Source: Candidatus Wildermuthbacteria bacterium
Lineage (GTDB): Bacteria; Patescibacteriota; Minisyncoccia; Minisyncoccales; UBA10102
Length of the DNA stretch: 64,000 nucleotides
Assembly: GCA_016181405.1 (NCBI GenBank)
Contig: JACOZJ010000003.1
Coordinates: 42,749-106,748 of the forward strand
Direction: 5' to 3'
Shown here piece by piece: positions 1 through 8,777 of the stretch (positions are counted from its first letter, which is position 1; each line of letters begins with the position of its first letter). The position numbers were made by a program, and so were the translations under genes. The notes beneath the pieces were generated by a model, which worked only from the letters and a program-made list of their open reading frames with translations, was not told the DNA's origin and did not search any database.

Positions 1-1
1 A

Positions 2-469
2 ATTTGTTTTGTTGGGGAGGTAAATGTCGTTGATTTCTTAAGGCAGTATATCAAGCCAAAAAAGGGAGAAATTGTAGATACGCAAGGCAGGGTTCTTGGA
101 GCACACGAAGGAGTTATGTACTATACGGTTGGCCAACGGCAGGGGATTGGCCTCGCAGAGGGGCCGTGGTATGTGGTTTCAAAAGATCTCAAGAATAATA
201 GGTTAGTGGTTTCCAAAGATGAGGGCGATTTAATCAAAACCGCGGCAGTTGTGCGCAACGTAAACTGGTTTTCAAGACCCGATACTTTTCCTGCGGATCT
301 TACGGTTCATCTCCGCTATCGGCACGAAGGGATCAAAGCAAAAGTAGAGGATATGGGGAACGGGACATATCGCTTGCAGTTTGCAACACCCCAGCGCGCT
401 GTAACCCCCGGCCAATTTGCCGTGTTTTATCATAGCGAGGAATTACTCGGCGGCGGCGTGATCGCATAA
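2..469 (+). CDS. mnmA: tRNA 2-thiouridine(34) synthase MnmA, C-terminal part (5' end lies outside the window)
   Basis: The frame is open from the window edge. FVGEVNVVDFL...HEGVMYYTVGQRQGIGL... matches the MnmA central and C-terminal region. Confidence 0.8.
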   Translation: MCFVGEVNVVDFLRQYIKPKKGEIVDTQGRVLGAHEGVMYYTVGQRQGIGLAEGPWYVVSKDLKNNRLVVSKDEGDLIKTAAVVRNVNWFSRPDTFPADLTVHLRYRHEGIKAKVEDMGNGTYRLQFATPQRAVTPGQFAVFYHSEELLGGGVIA

Positions 470-544
470 GGTAAACTATTGACTCCATCGCTTGATGGGT
501 TATACTTAAAAAAGCTCTTTTAGTTTATTGAGTTTTTCCCTGGA

Positions 545-866
545 AGCTGTACAAGCAGGTAGAGCTGCGAGGGAAGGGCTTGAGAGGATTCTGCAAGGAG
601 TTCTGGTTGAGCCCTATCAAACTCGAAGGAGAGACCATGACTGGACCTCCGCGATTGAGAGCACGCGATCGAACAGCCTGGCGAGCATCCCCGACGGCAA
701 CGGCGCCCCTCGTTGCGCGCCCCGCTCCAGCGCCACCGACACGGCGGCCATCTGACCACGAGCCGGGTCAGGGCCCACTAGGTGCTGAAGCAGTAGGGGA
801 GTCTGGCATATGCCCGGCTCCCCTGCAACTCTACTCGCAGCCAACGAAGGCTGTTTTTTGTTTTTG
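545..866 (+). ncRNA. GC-rich structured RNA or leader upstream of alaS; identity unresolved (weak SRP-RNA-like GGUCAGG...GAAGCAG element)
   Basis: Three overlapping ORFs in different frames have Arg/Pro/Ala-rich junk translations. Strong helices are present (gagccggg/cccggctc; 564-571 with 834-841). The region ends in a stem plus T-run terminator. Confidence 0.35.
837..866 (+). terminator. Intrinsic terminator: cagcc-aacgaa-ggctg followed by TTTTTTGTTTTT
   Basis: Hairpin plus U-tract read directly from the sequence. Its 5' arm overlaps the 3' strand of the long-range helix 564-571:834-841. Confidence 0.6.
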
Positions 867-933
867 ACTAACTGTACATTTTCTATGTCTTACTCTTTTT
901 CTTTTGGGAAATTTATCGTATGATGATGCAACT

Positions 934-2793
934 ATGAAGTCGGGCGAAATTCGAGCAAAATACCTGGAATTTTTTGAGAAAAAAGGGCATACGGTGATTC
1001 CTTCCTCGGCGCTTGTGCCAGAAAACGATCCCACAACGCTTTTTACCGGTTCTGGCATGCAGCCTTTAATACCGTATTTACTCGGGCAAAAACATCCCTC
1101 GGGCAAACGGCTTACGAATTCTCAAAAATGCTTTCGCGCGGAAGACATCGAAGAAGTGGGCGACAATCGCCATACCACCTTTTTTGAAATGCTGGGCAAC
1201 TGGTCGCTCGGTGATTATTTTAAAGCAGAGCAGCTCCTGTGGTTTTTTGAATTTTTAACATCGGTAGTAGGGTTGGATCCAAACCGCTTGTATGTAACAG
1301 TATTTTCCGGCGATTCTGCAAACAATATTCCAAAAGACGAAGAGTCAATTGGCATTTGGAAACAGCTGTTCGCGCAAAAGGGTATCGAAGCAAAAGATGT
1401 GGAACTTGGTTCAGAGCAACGGGGATATGACCTTGGGATGCAGGGAGGCCGTATTTTTGCGTATGATGTTAAGAAAAACTGGTGGAGTCGCGCCGGGGCG
1501 CCAGAAAACATGCCGGCGGGGGAACCCGGCGGCCCGGATTCTGAAGTATTTTATGATTTTGGAACTCCGCACAATGAAACATTTGGAAAATACTGCCACC
1601 CAAACTGCGACTGCGGAAGATTTTTGGAAATTGGCAACTCTGTATTTATGGAATACCAGAAGCAAGACGATGGAAGTTTCGCGAAACTAGCCCAGCGCAA
1701 CGTGGATTTTGGCGGGGGATTGGAGCGCATTGTGGCGGCTTCAAACGACAATAGCGACATTTTTACAATAGATACGCTCTCTGCGGTTATTAAAAAGATC
1801 GAAGAGCTATCCGGGGCGAGCTATGAGGGCAATCAAACGGCTTTTAGGGTTATTGCCGACCATATTCGGGGAGCTGTGTTTATGATTGGCGACGGCGTGC
1901 TGCCCTCGAATACGGATCGCGGCTATTTCGTGCGGCGGCTTTTACGCCGCGCGGTTCGCTACGCCGATGTTCTCAATATGAAACAGGGGAAATTTGCCGA
2001 ACTTGCCTTGCCTGTTATCGAAAGCTATGCGGACCATTACTCCGAACTTCACGAATATGAAGCGCTTATAAAAGAAACAATCCAAAAAGAGGAATCCCGT
2101 TTTCGCGAAACTTTGGCAAATGGGCTACGCGAGTTCGAGAAGTTGAGTCAAGAAGATATTTCTGCCAGAGATGCTTTTAATTTATATCAAAGCTATGGGT
2201 TTCCCCTTGAGGTTACGGTTGACTTGAGCAAAGAGAAGGGGATTGAGGTTGACGAAAAGGGTTTTGCGGAAGAGTTTAAAAAACATCAGGAAATTTCGCG
2301 GGCAGGCGCAGAAAAGAAATTTAAAGGTGGCCTGGCCGATACCAAAGAGGAAACGGTGCGGCTTCACACGGCGCATCACTTGCTTTTAGCTGCGTTGCGG
2401 CAAGTGCTGGGTATCCATGTACACCAAAGAGGCAGCAATATTACGTCTGAACGCCTGCGTATTGATTTTTCGCATCCCCAAAAAATGGCTACAGAAGAAC
2501 TTAAGCAAGTAGAAGATTTGGTGAACCAGAAAATTGCAGAAAACCTCGATATGATTCGTAAAGAAATGCCAAAGGAAGAAGCAATGAAGCTTGGAGCCGA
2601 AATGGAATTCGGCGTGAAATATGGGGATATGGTTTCTGTGTATATGGCGCAAGACCAGCAAGGGAATGTCTTTAGCAAAGAATTTTGTGGGGGGCCGCAT
2701 GCCGAAGGTACGGGCGAACTTGGACATTTTAAAATTCTCAAGGAAGAAGCAGTGTCTGCGGGCATCCGGCGCATCCGCGCGGTGCTTGAATGA
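934..2793 (+). CDS. alaS: Alanyl-tRNA synthetase, short form (catalytic, tRNA-binding and editing domains; no C-Ala domain)
   Basis: MKSGEIRAKYLEFFEKKGH..., the HTAHHLL editing motif and CGGPH near the C-terminus. I took the ATG at 934 inside the TTG-started track ORF. Confidence 0.93.
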   Translation: MKSGEIRAKYLEFFEKKGHTVIPSSALVPENDPTTLFTGSGMQPLIPYLLGQKHPSGKRLTNSQKCFRAEDIEEVGDNRHTTFFEMLGNWSLGDYFKAEQLLWFFEFLTSVVGLDPNRLYVTVFSGDSANNIPKDEESIGIWKQLFAQKGIEAKDVELGSEQRGYDLGMQGGRIFAYDVKKNWWSRAGAPENMPAGEPGGPDSEVFYDFGTPHNETFGKYCHPNCDCGRFLEIGNSVFMEYQKQDDGSFAKLAQRNVDFGGGLERIVAASNDNSDIFTIDTLSAVIKKIEELSGASYEGNQTAFRVIADHIRGAVFMIGDGVLPSNTDRGYFVRRLLRRAVRYADVLNMKQGKFAELALPVIESYADHYSELHEYEALIKETIQKEESRFRETLANGLREFEKLSQEDISARDAFNLYQSYGFPLEVTVDLSKEKGIEVDEKGFAEEFKKHQEISRAGAEKKFKGGLADTKEETVRLHTAHHLLLAALRQVLGIHVHQRGSNITSERLRIDFSHPQKMATEELKQVEDLVNQKIAENLDMIRKEMPKEEAMKLGAEMEFGVKYGDMVSVYMAQDQQGNVFSKEFCGGPHAEGTGELGHFKILKEEAVSAGIRRIRAVLE

Positions 2794-2805
2794 TAGGAAG
2801 TAGCT

Positions 2806-2939
2806 GTGGAAGTATGTGCTTTTCTCGACACGCTCGCTTGCTCCTGCGGCAAGCTCGCTCCATCCTCGGCAAAATTTTTGCTTTCAGCAAATCCAAGCAA
2901 TTTTGCCTGCGGGGGTCTTCGAAAAGCACATGCTTCCAC
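2806..2939. repeat. 134-nt imperfect inverted repeat (multi-branched hairpin) just 3' of alaS
   Basis: Outer arms are gtggaagtatgtgcttttc and gaaaagcacatgcttccac (19 bp, 1 mismatch). Inner hairpins are gcttgc-tcctgcg-gcaagc and ggcaaaat...attttgcc enclosing tttgct-ttc-agcaaa. Confidence 0.7.
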
Positions 2940-2985
2940 GTCTCCATATAGCTTCTATACGGCATTTGTTGTAGAATAAACAAAT

Positions 2986-4122
2986 ATGGGTTTTGGATTT
3001 TTGAGTTTTGCACCGAAAAAAGGGAACAATGTTCTCGTTTTGCGCGTGGGAGAACGCGAAGTTGATTTTTTATTGTTTAAAAACGCCGGAGAAGGGATAC
3101 GTGTCCTGGCATATGGAAGTGAAGACACTTCGCATTTTCATATAGGGCAGGTATTAGAAAAAATTTTTGCGCAGCTCCCGCGAGAAGAACGTATTCACGA
3201 GCTTCGGGTAACATTTGGAACAAGTTCTTTTAGGGCGCAAGTAATAACGTTGACTCTTCCCCCCAAAACGCCTTCGCACGTTTTCGATGACGGCGAGGCG
3301 TCTTTGATTGAGAAGGAAGTCCGCGCGCGCGCGGCGCGCGCGCTCCAACGCAGTTTATTCCGAGAATCGGGTATCCTGCCCAATGAATTTTCTCTGCGCA
3401 GGGTAAAAATCCTCGGGCGGAGAATTGCCGGGTATTCTGTCCCCAAACTCGCAGGTGCCATAAGCAGAGAGCTTGAGTTTTCGCTCCTTGGAGTATTTTT
3501 GTTGGAATCCGCGTTTGTTCCTATGCGAGAATTCGCCAAAACCCATAGGATAGCCGAGATGAGTGTGATTCATATTGCGGAGGCTTTGGAATCTTTCGCT
3601 CGAAAATCCGGTCGGGAGGGCGTATATCTTTGCATGGGAGAAGAGAGAACTCAAATTGCCGTTCAAACGAAAGATCGCTTTGCGTTTCTTGGTACAGTTT
3701 CTATGGGTGCACAAAGCTTTACCGAGTTTTTTGCCGATCGTTTAGGGATGAGAGAATCTACGGCCCGTGTTTTCCAGCAGCAATACTTTGAGAACAGTCT
3801 TTCTGTGGGAGTACAGGAGAAAATGCAAGCGTATCTGTTGCCCGAAATCCAGAAGTTTGGTACATTGATAAAGCAAAAACTTTTGGAAGCAAAGATTGTG
3901 TTGCCGGGATCTTTATGGGTATTTGGAAGAGGGGATGTTCTACGGAATCTCCAAAGTTTGTTTGCACATGAGACGCTGGAGGATCTTCCGTTTTCCCAAA
4001 AACCGAAGATAAGTTTTCTATTGCCTGAAGATGTTTGGGGCGCCAAAAATTTTCCAGGGGCGCGCAATCCTTTTTATACCGAGCTTTGTTTGTTGAGCGC
4101 TTTTACATTAAATCGGCGATGA
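2986..4122 (+). CDS. Hypothetical protein (an FtsA/PilM actin-like fold is only a weak guess)
   Basis: 378-aa ORF, translationally coupled (ATGA overlap) to the next gene. No motif that I can name with confidence. Confidence 0.55.
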   Translation: MGFGFLSFAPKKGNNVLVLRVGEREVDFLLFKNAGEGIRVLAYGSEDTSHFHIGQVLEKIFAQLPREERIHELRVTFGTSSFRAQVITLTLPPKTPSHVFDDGEASLIEKEVRARAARALQRSLFRESGILPNEFSLRRVKILGRRIAGYSVPKLAGAISRELEFSLLGVFLLESAFVPMREFAKTHRIAEMSVIHIAEALESFARKSGREGVYLCMGEERTQIAVQTKDRFAFLGTVSMGAQSFTEFFADRLGMRESTARVFQQQYFENSLSVGVQEKMQAYLLPEIQKFGTLIKQKLLEAKIVLPGSLWVFGRGDVLRNLQSLFAHETLEDLPFSQKPKISFLLPEDVWGAKNFPGARNPFYTELCLLSAFTLNRR

Positions 4123-5384
4123 AAAAACGAGTCATAGACATTTATCCCCCGCATAGTCGCAGCGAGACTCTTCAGGAGGAAGAGCGGTTTTCTGGCGCGA
4201 TGAGAGAGGTTTCTGAGACGAAGGGGCGACACGCATCAAGAACTGCAGCACTGTTGGTTTTTGTGTTGCTGCTTTTCGTGCTGTCGGTGCCTTTTGTGCA
4301 TTTCTTTTTCGCGCGAGCTACCGTGCAAGTATGGCCGCAAATTACTAAACTGCGCAGTACCGAATATATCGTCGCGCAAGTAGGGTACGACACGCTGAAT
4401 TTGGAGCGAAAGATTATTCGAGCCCGCGTATTCGAAGAGGAAGCAGCACAGACAATGCTTTTTCCCGCATCCGGCAAAAAGTTCAAAGCGGAGAGCGCGC
4501 GCGGCATTATTCGCGTATACAACGAAAATTCCACGCAGCCACAGGCGCTTGTTGCAAATACCCGCTTTATTTCAGAGGACGGGAAAATATTCCACCTTGA
4601 GAGTGCTGCTTCTATTCCCGGAGGGCAAATGGATGGCAGAAAACTCGTGCCTGGATTTCTTGACGTTACTGTAGTGGCAGCAGAACCCGGCGAGGATTAT
4701 AACATTGGTCCTTCCAAATTCTCTTTACCCGGTTTGGTGGGATCTCCTTTGTATACAAAAATTCATGGGGAATCGCTGCGGCCAATGACAGGTGGCGCCC
4801 AACGGGAAGTAGCTGTAGTTCAAGAAGAAGATATTGCCTCTGCGCGGGGACAACTTGTCGAATCGCTTAAGGCTCAGGCAACGAAGTCTCTTCTTGCGAA
4901 AGTCCCTCCGCAATTTCAGGTACTTTCCGACTCACTTGTCACTACCGTTGTAGAGGATAACTCCTTGGTGAAGCCAGAGGCAGAATTGGAACAGTTTAAC
5001 TATACTGCGAAGGTGAGAGTTTCCATGCACGCCTTTCATAAAGACGATGCCGATGTTCTTGCCAAATATCTTCTTGCTACTCATTTAGCGGCGAGTCAGG
5101 CCATTGATGAGAAAACACTACGTATTGACTATCAGATGTCTGGAGCCGCGGCAGGAGCAGGGGTGGTGCCTATCACTGTTCAGATTGCGGCAGATCAATA
5201 CGAAAAGGTCGATACAACCGCTATAGCACGACACATAGGAGGTGTTTCTACTAGTCAACTCCGCCAGTTGATGAAGGAGTATCCGTTTCTGGCGAAAGCG
5301 CAGTTTTCGCTCTGGCCCTTTTGGGTTGCTCGCGTACCCCAGGATATAGAGAAGGTGCATCTCGAAGTGCTTTTGGAAGGTTAA
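4119..5384 (+). CDS. Hypothetical membrane-anchored protein (one N-terminal TM helix, large extracytoplasmic domain)
   Basis: MKKRVIDIYPP..., TM segment AALLVFVLLLFVLSVPFVHFFFA. The start overlaps the upstream stop (ATGA). Confidence 0.6.
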   Translation: MKKRVIDIYPPHSRSETLQEEERFSGAMREVSETKGRHASRTAALLVFVLLLFVLSVPFVHFFFARATVQVWPQITKLRSTEYIVAQVGYDTLNLERKIIRARVFEEEAAQTMLFPASGKKFKAESARGIIRVYNENSTQPQALVANTRFISEDGKIFHLESAASIPGGQMDGRKLVPGFLDVTVVAAEPGEDYNIGPSKFSLPGLVGSPLYTKIHGESLRPMTGGAQREVAVVQEEDIASARGQLVESLKAQATKSLLAKVPPQFQVLSDSLVTTVVEDNSLVKPEAELEQFNYTAKVRVSMHAFHKDDADVLAKYLLATHLAASQAIDEKTLRIDYQMSGAAAGAGVVPITVQIAADQYEKVDTTAIARHIGGVSTSQLRQLMKEYPFLAKAQFSLWPFWVARVPQDIEKVHLEVLLEG

Positions 5385-5412
5385 CTCCGACCCGCGAGCT
5401 GGCGGAGAAGGG

Positions 5413-5441
5413 TTGACCTCTATTATAATTTTTGGTAGGAT
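5413..5441 (+). promoter_or_regulatory. Sigma70-like promoter TTGACC-N17-TAGGAT upstream of infA
   Basis: Hexamers and 17-nt spacing read from the sequence. Confidence 0.4.
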
Positions 5442-5456
5442 AAGCATTACGACAGA

Positions 5457-5681
5457 ATGGAAGAATCAGATTCCAGAGAACTTCGGCAAACGGGCGAGGT
5501 TTTAGAGTCCTTGCCGAGTTTCCAATTTCGTGTTAAGCTTGGTGGTGGCCAGGAGATTCTGGCTTATGTTTCGGGTAAACTTCGGATGCACAAAATCCGT
5601 ATTCTGCCTGGCGACACGGTAACCGTCGAATTGAGCCCCTACGATCCAAAAAGAGGACGGATAGTGTATCGCGGGAAATAG
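5457..5681 (+). CDS. infA: Translation initiation factor IF-1
   Basis: 74 aa; ...[49 protein letters not shown] is the S1-like IF-1 fold sequence. Confidence 0.95.
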   Translation: MEESDSRELRQTGEVLESLPSFQFRVKLGGGQEILAYVSGKLRMHKIRILPGDTVTVELSPYDPKRGRIVYRGK

Positions 5682-5685
5682 TTAT

Positions 5686-5802
5686 ATGAAAGTGCAGGCA
5701 TCGGTAAAAAAAATGTGTAAAGATTGTAAGATTGCCAAGCGCGGGCGAAGGCTGTATGTTACGTGCAAAAAAAATCCTAAGCATAAGCAGCGGCAAGGTT
5801 AA
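5686..5802 (+). CDS. rpmJ: 50S ribosomal protein L36
   Basis: Translated by hand (below the track cutoff): [38 protein letters not shown]. It sits in the canonical infA-rpmJ-rpsM position. Confidence 0.92.
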   Translation: MKVQASVKKMCKDCKIAKRGRRLYVTCKKNPKHKQRQG

Positions 5803-5806
5803 TTAT

Positions 5807-6196
5807 ATGCCAAGAGTAGTAGGAGTAAGCATCCCAGACAATAAACAAATCGGAGTTGCCCTCACTTATCTGTATGGGGTGGGCTTGGCTTTGAGCCGCA
5901 AGATATTGAAAGAGGCGAATATTGATGAAACTCGAAAAGCATCGAGCATAACGCTCGATGAGTTGAATAAAATTAAAGAAATTATAGAAAAAAACTACCG
6001 TATTGAAGGCGAGTTACGTCGCGATACCATGATGAATATTCGAAGGTTGCATGACATTGGTTCATGGCGGGGGAGTCGCCATGCCAAACGTTTAACCGTA
6101 AGGGGCCAGCGGACGCGTACCAACAGTAGAACTGTGCGCGGGAACGTTCGAAAAACCGTAACTTCGGGCCGCAAACCCGCTGCAAAACCAACATAA
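5807..6196 (+). CDS. rpsM: 30S ribosomal protein S13
   Basis: MPRVVGVSIPDNKQIGVALTYLYGVG...; ATG at 5807 inside the longer track ORF. Confidence 0.95.
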   Translation: MPRVVGVSIPDNKQIGVALTYLYGVGLALSRKILKEANIDETRKASSITLDELNKIKEIIEKNYRIEGELRRDTMMNIRRLHDIGSWRGSRHAKRLTVRGQRTRTNSRTVRGNVRKTVTSGRKPAAKPT

Positions 6197-6197
6197 T

Positions 6198-6647
6198 ATG
6201 GGGAAGAAACGTATTATAAAAAAGGGGGAGGAGGGAGCAGGAGAGCGGAAGCAGGCAGGAGATGTCGAAACAAGTACGGCGCGAGTTAGTGCCGCCAAAC
6301 GAGTACCCGAAGGGCGGGTATATGTGTATTCCTCATACAACAATACATTAATGTCGCTTTGCGATGCGAAGGGAAACGTATTGGCGCAGGTATCGGCGGG
6401 CGCCATTGGCTTTAAGGGGACGAAAAAATCCACTCCATTTGCCGCCGCGAAAGTTGCGGATGCTGTGTCCCAGATTGCAAGAAACAAGGGTATGGAAAGA
6501 GTTGATATTTTAATTAAAGGGGTGGGTTCAGGGAGAGATTCTGCCTTACGGGCATTGGGTTCAAAAGGATTTGAAATAACTTCGATTCAGGATCTTACGC
6601 CGGTCCCGCATAACGGGCCTCGGCTAAGAAAAGTAAGACGAGTATAA
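6198..6647 (+). CDS. rpsK: 30S ribosomal protein S11
   Basis: ...GRVYVYSSYNNTLMSLCDAKGNVL...TPVPHNGPRLRKVRRV. Confidence 0.95.
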   Translation: MGKKRIIKKGEEGAGERKQAGDVETSTARVSAAKRVPEGRVYVYSSYNNTLMSLCDAKGNVLAQVSAGAIGFKGTKKSTPFAAAKVADAVSQIARNKGMERVDILIKGVGSGRDSALRALGSKGFEITSIQDLTPVPHNGPRLRKVRRV

Positions 6648-6695
6648 CCCATTCGACCCGCTTCGCAGCGAGGCGAGCAATCTTAGAATAAACAT

Positions 6696-7220
6696 ATGCA
6701 AAAAGGAGTTGTAAGAAAAAGGCGTACTTCCCAGCTGTCCGAATACGGAAAACAGCTGCAAGAAAAGCAGGAGTTAAAGAATCAGTATAACTTGCGGGAA
6801 CGTCAGTTTCGTCACTATATTGAGAATGCGCTGGAAAAAAGCGGCGCTCAAAATGCAGAGGAACAACTTTTGCAGCATTTAGAGAGACGTCTGGATAATG
6901 TGGTGTTTCGTATGGGCGTGGCGGAAACACGCAAGCAAGCCCGTCAGTTAGTTTCTCATGGGCATATTCGGGTAAACGAAAAGAGAGTTCTGGTCCCTTC
7001 TTATCAGACAAAACGAGGCGACAAAATATCCGTTCGCCCGAATTCGCAGGAAAACGTATTTTTTAAAAACCGAAAACTGGCGCTTAAAAAATATGAGTCT
7101 CCAAGTTGGCTAGAGCTTCACAAGGAGAATTTGGAGGCAGAAATAAAAGGTGCGCCGGGGCCGGAGGAAATAGGAGTTACGGTCCAGATTCCTTTGGTTT
7201 TTGAGTTTTATTCCAGATAA
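6696..7220 (+). CDS. rpsD: 30S ribosomal protein S4
   Basis: ...YGKQLQEKQELKNQYNLRERQFRHY...LERRLDNVVFRMGVAETRKQARQLVSHGHI (S4 domain). Confidence 0.93.
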   Translation: MQKGVVRKRRTSQLSEYGKQLQEKQELKNQYNLRERQFRHYIENALEKSGAQNAEEQLLQHLERRLDNVVFRMGVAETRKQARQLVSHGHIRVNEKRVLVPSYQTKRGDKISVRPNSQENVFFKNRKLALKKYESPSWLELHKENLEAEIKGAPGPEEIGVTVQIPLVFEFYSR

Positions 7221-7239
7221 TCAATAAGTAATTTTGCAT

Positions 7240-8058
7240 ATGATTCCTTTGTCGCAACCAACAAAAGTGGTCGAAAGCAAGCAGAACTTAGGTGTATTCG
7301 TAATCGAGGGTCTTTATCCGGGCTATGGCATTACCATCGGGAACAGTTTGCGGCGCGTACTGTTGTCTTCCTTGGAGGGCGCTGCAATAACACAGGTAAA
7401 GATCAAGGGAGTAGATCACGAATTTTCTACTCTGCCGGGAGTGCTTGAAGATGTGATTATGATTTTGCTGAATCTCAAGCAAATGCGTTTCCGTATGTAT
7501 GGCGAGGAGCCGCAAACGGCAAGCTTAAAGGTGAAGGGTGAGCGAGAAATAAAGGCCTCCGATTTTAAACTCCCGCCTTCTTTAGAGCTTGCGAATGGCG
7601 ATCTTACAATTGCGCATACCACGGATAAATCAACGGAGTTCGAAATGGAAATTCGGGTGGAGAGAGGTATTGGGTATGTGCCCGCAGGCGATCGCAAAAA
7701 AGAAAAACAAGAAATTGGGAGTATTGCGCTCGATGCTATTTTTACACCCATGAAACGCGTAAGTTCAAAGGTAGAAAATATGCGCGTGGGAGATCGTACC
7801 GATTTTAATCGCCTTACTTTGGAAATCGAGACTGACGGCACCATAACTCCAGAAGAAGCGTTTTATCAGGCCACTGATGTGTTGCTGAAACAATTTGAAG
7901 TAGTAATGAGTGGGGTAAAGGAAATTGCGGAGGAGAAAATGGCAGCTGTGGTCGAGGAAGGAAAAGATGAGGGTGAAAAAAGTCCGAAGAAAGTAGAAAA
8001 GAAAGCAAAAACCTTAAAACAGACAAAGGAGAAAAAAACGACCAAGAGTAAGGCATAG
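7240..8058 (+). CDS. rpoA: DNA-directed RNA polymerase alpha subunit; N-terminal domain only, with a Lys/Glu-rich tail in place of the alpha-CTD
   Basis: ...FVIEGLYPGYGITIGNSLRRVLLSSLEGAAI... is the alpha-NTD. The last ~45 aa (EEKMAAVVEEGKDEGEKSPKKVEKKAKTLKQTKEKKTTKSKA) are low complexity. Position is rpsD-rpoA-rplQ. Confidence 0.9.
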   Translation: MIPLSQPTKVVESKQNLGVFVIEGLYPGYGITIGNSLRRVLLSSLEGAAITQVKIKGVDHEFSTLPGVLEDVIMILLNLKQMRFRMYGEEPQTASLKVKGEREIKASDFKLPPSLELANGDLTIAHTTDKSTEFEMEIRVERGIGYVPAGDRKKEKQEIGSIALDAIFTPMKRVSSKVENMRVGDRTDFNRLTLEIETDGTITPEEAFYQATDVLLKQFEVVMSGVKEIAEEKMAAVVEEGKDEGEKSPKKVEKKAKTLKQTKEKKTTKSKA

Positions 8059-8064
8059 TTTGTT

Positions 8065-8415
8065 ATGAAGAAACGAAAAGCCGGGAGAATACTTTCGAGA
8101 AAGAAAAGCGTGCGTAATGCTCTGCTTATTTCTGTTATGCGTGCGTTAGCGCAGAAAGAAAAGGTGCAACTTACCGAAGCCAAGGCAAAAGAAATAGCCC
8201 CGTTAATGGAACATCTGGTTACGAAAGCGAAAAGCGATAATTTGCATGCGCGCCGTGAGTTGCTTCGGTATTTTCCCGCTTCACTTGTGAAGAAAATGTT
8301 GGAAGAAATAGGCCCGCGGTATCGCGAGCGGCAGGGTGGGTATACCCGAGTTATAAAAACCATTCCTCGAAAGTCTGACGGAGCTAAGATGGCCATAGTG
8401 GAATTTGTGAAATAG
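8065..8415 (+). CDS. rplQ: 50S ribosomal protein L17
   Basis: 116 aa directly after rpoA; ...RELLRYF...GGYTRVIKTIPRKSDGAKMAIVEFV. Confidence 0.92.
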   Translation: MKKRKAGRILSRKKSVRNALLISVMRALAQKEKVQLTEAKAKEIAPLMEHLVTKAKSDNLHARRELLRYFPASLVKKMLEEIGPRYRERQGGYTRVIKTIPRKSDGAKMAIVEFVK

Positions 8416-8419
8416 ATTT

Positions 8420-8776
8420 ATGGAAACGATTGAGAGAAAAACTCATACCATAGACGCGACTGACCAGAAGTTTGGCCGTTTGGCAGTTCGCGTGGCCCTT
8501 TTGCTACGAGGGAAAGCAAAGTCCGCATTTGCTTCTAATAAAGATGTAGGGGATTTTGTGATTGTGAAAAACGTTCAGCGCATGCAGTTTTCCGGAAAGA
8601 AACTCGGCCAAAAATCATATTACTATCATTCAGGTTATATAGGCAGTTTGCGTGAAGCAAAGTTGGGAGAGTTGTTCAACAATCGGCCTAGTGAAGTTTT
8701 GAGAAAATCGGTATGGGGAATGTTGCCAAAAAACAAACTTCGGCCTAAACAAATAAACCGCCTAAGCTTTGAATAA
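8420..8776 (+). CDS. rplM: 50S ribosomal protein L13
   Basis: ...IDATDQKFGRLAVRVALLLRGKAK...YYYHSGYIGSLRE... Confidence 0.92.
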   Translation: METIERKTHTIDATDQKFGRLAVRVALLLRGKAKSAFASNKDVGDFVIVKNVQRMQFSGKKLGQKSYYYHSGYIGSLREAKLGELFNNRPSEVLRKSVWGMLPKNKLRPKQINRLSFE

Positions 8777-8777
8777 T

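Noticed and set aside
545-866. Calling the alaS-upstream RNA RNase P RNA, tmRNA or a T-box leader
   Set aside because: I could not find the RNase P conserved blocks (GAGGAAAGUCC, AGGGUGAAA, ACAGAA..GGCUUA). There is no tRNA-like GGUUCGA..CCA 3' end for tmRNA. There is no UGGNACCGCG T-box adjacent to the terminator; the only similar string, TGGACCTCCGCG, lies about 180 nt upstream. The SRP-like match is partial only.
520-867. Track ORFs 520-759(-), 528-755(+), 580-867(+) and 617-844(-) as protein genes
   Set aside because: They overlap one another in several frames and give Arg/Pro/Ala-rich low-complexity translations. None has an SD, and the region ends in a terminator. This is the typical picture of a G+C-rich structured RNA rather than coding sequence.
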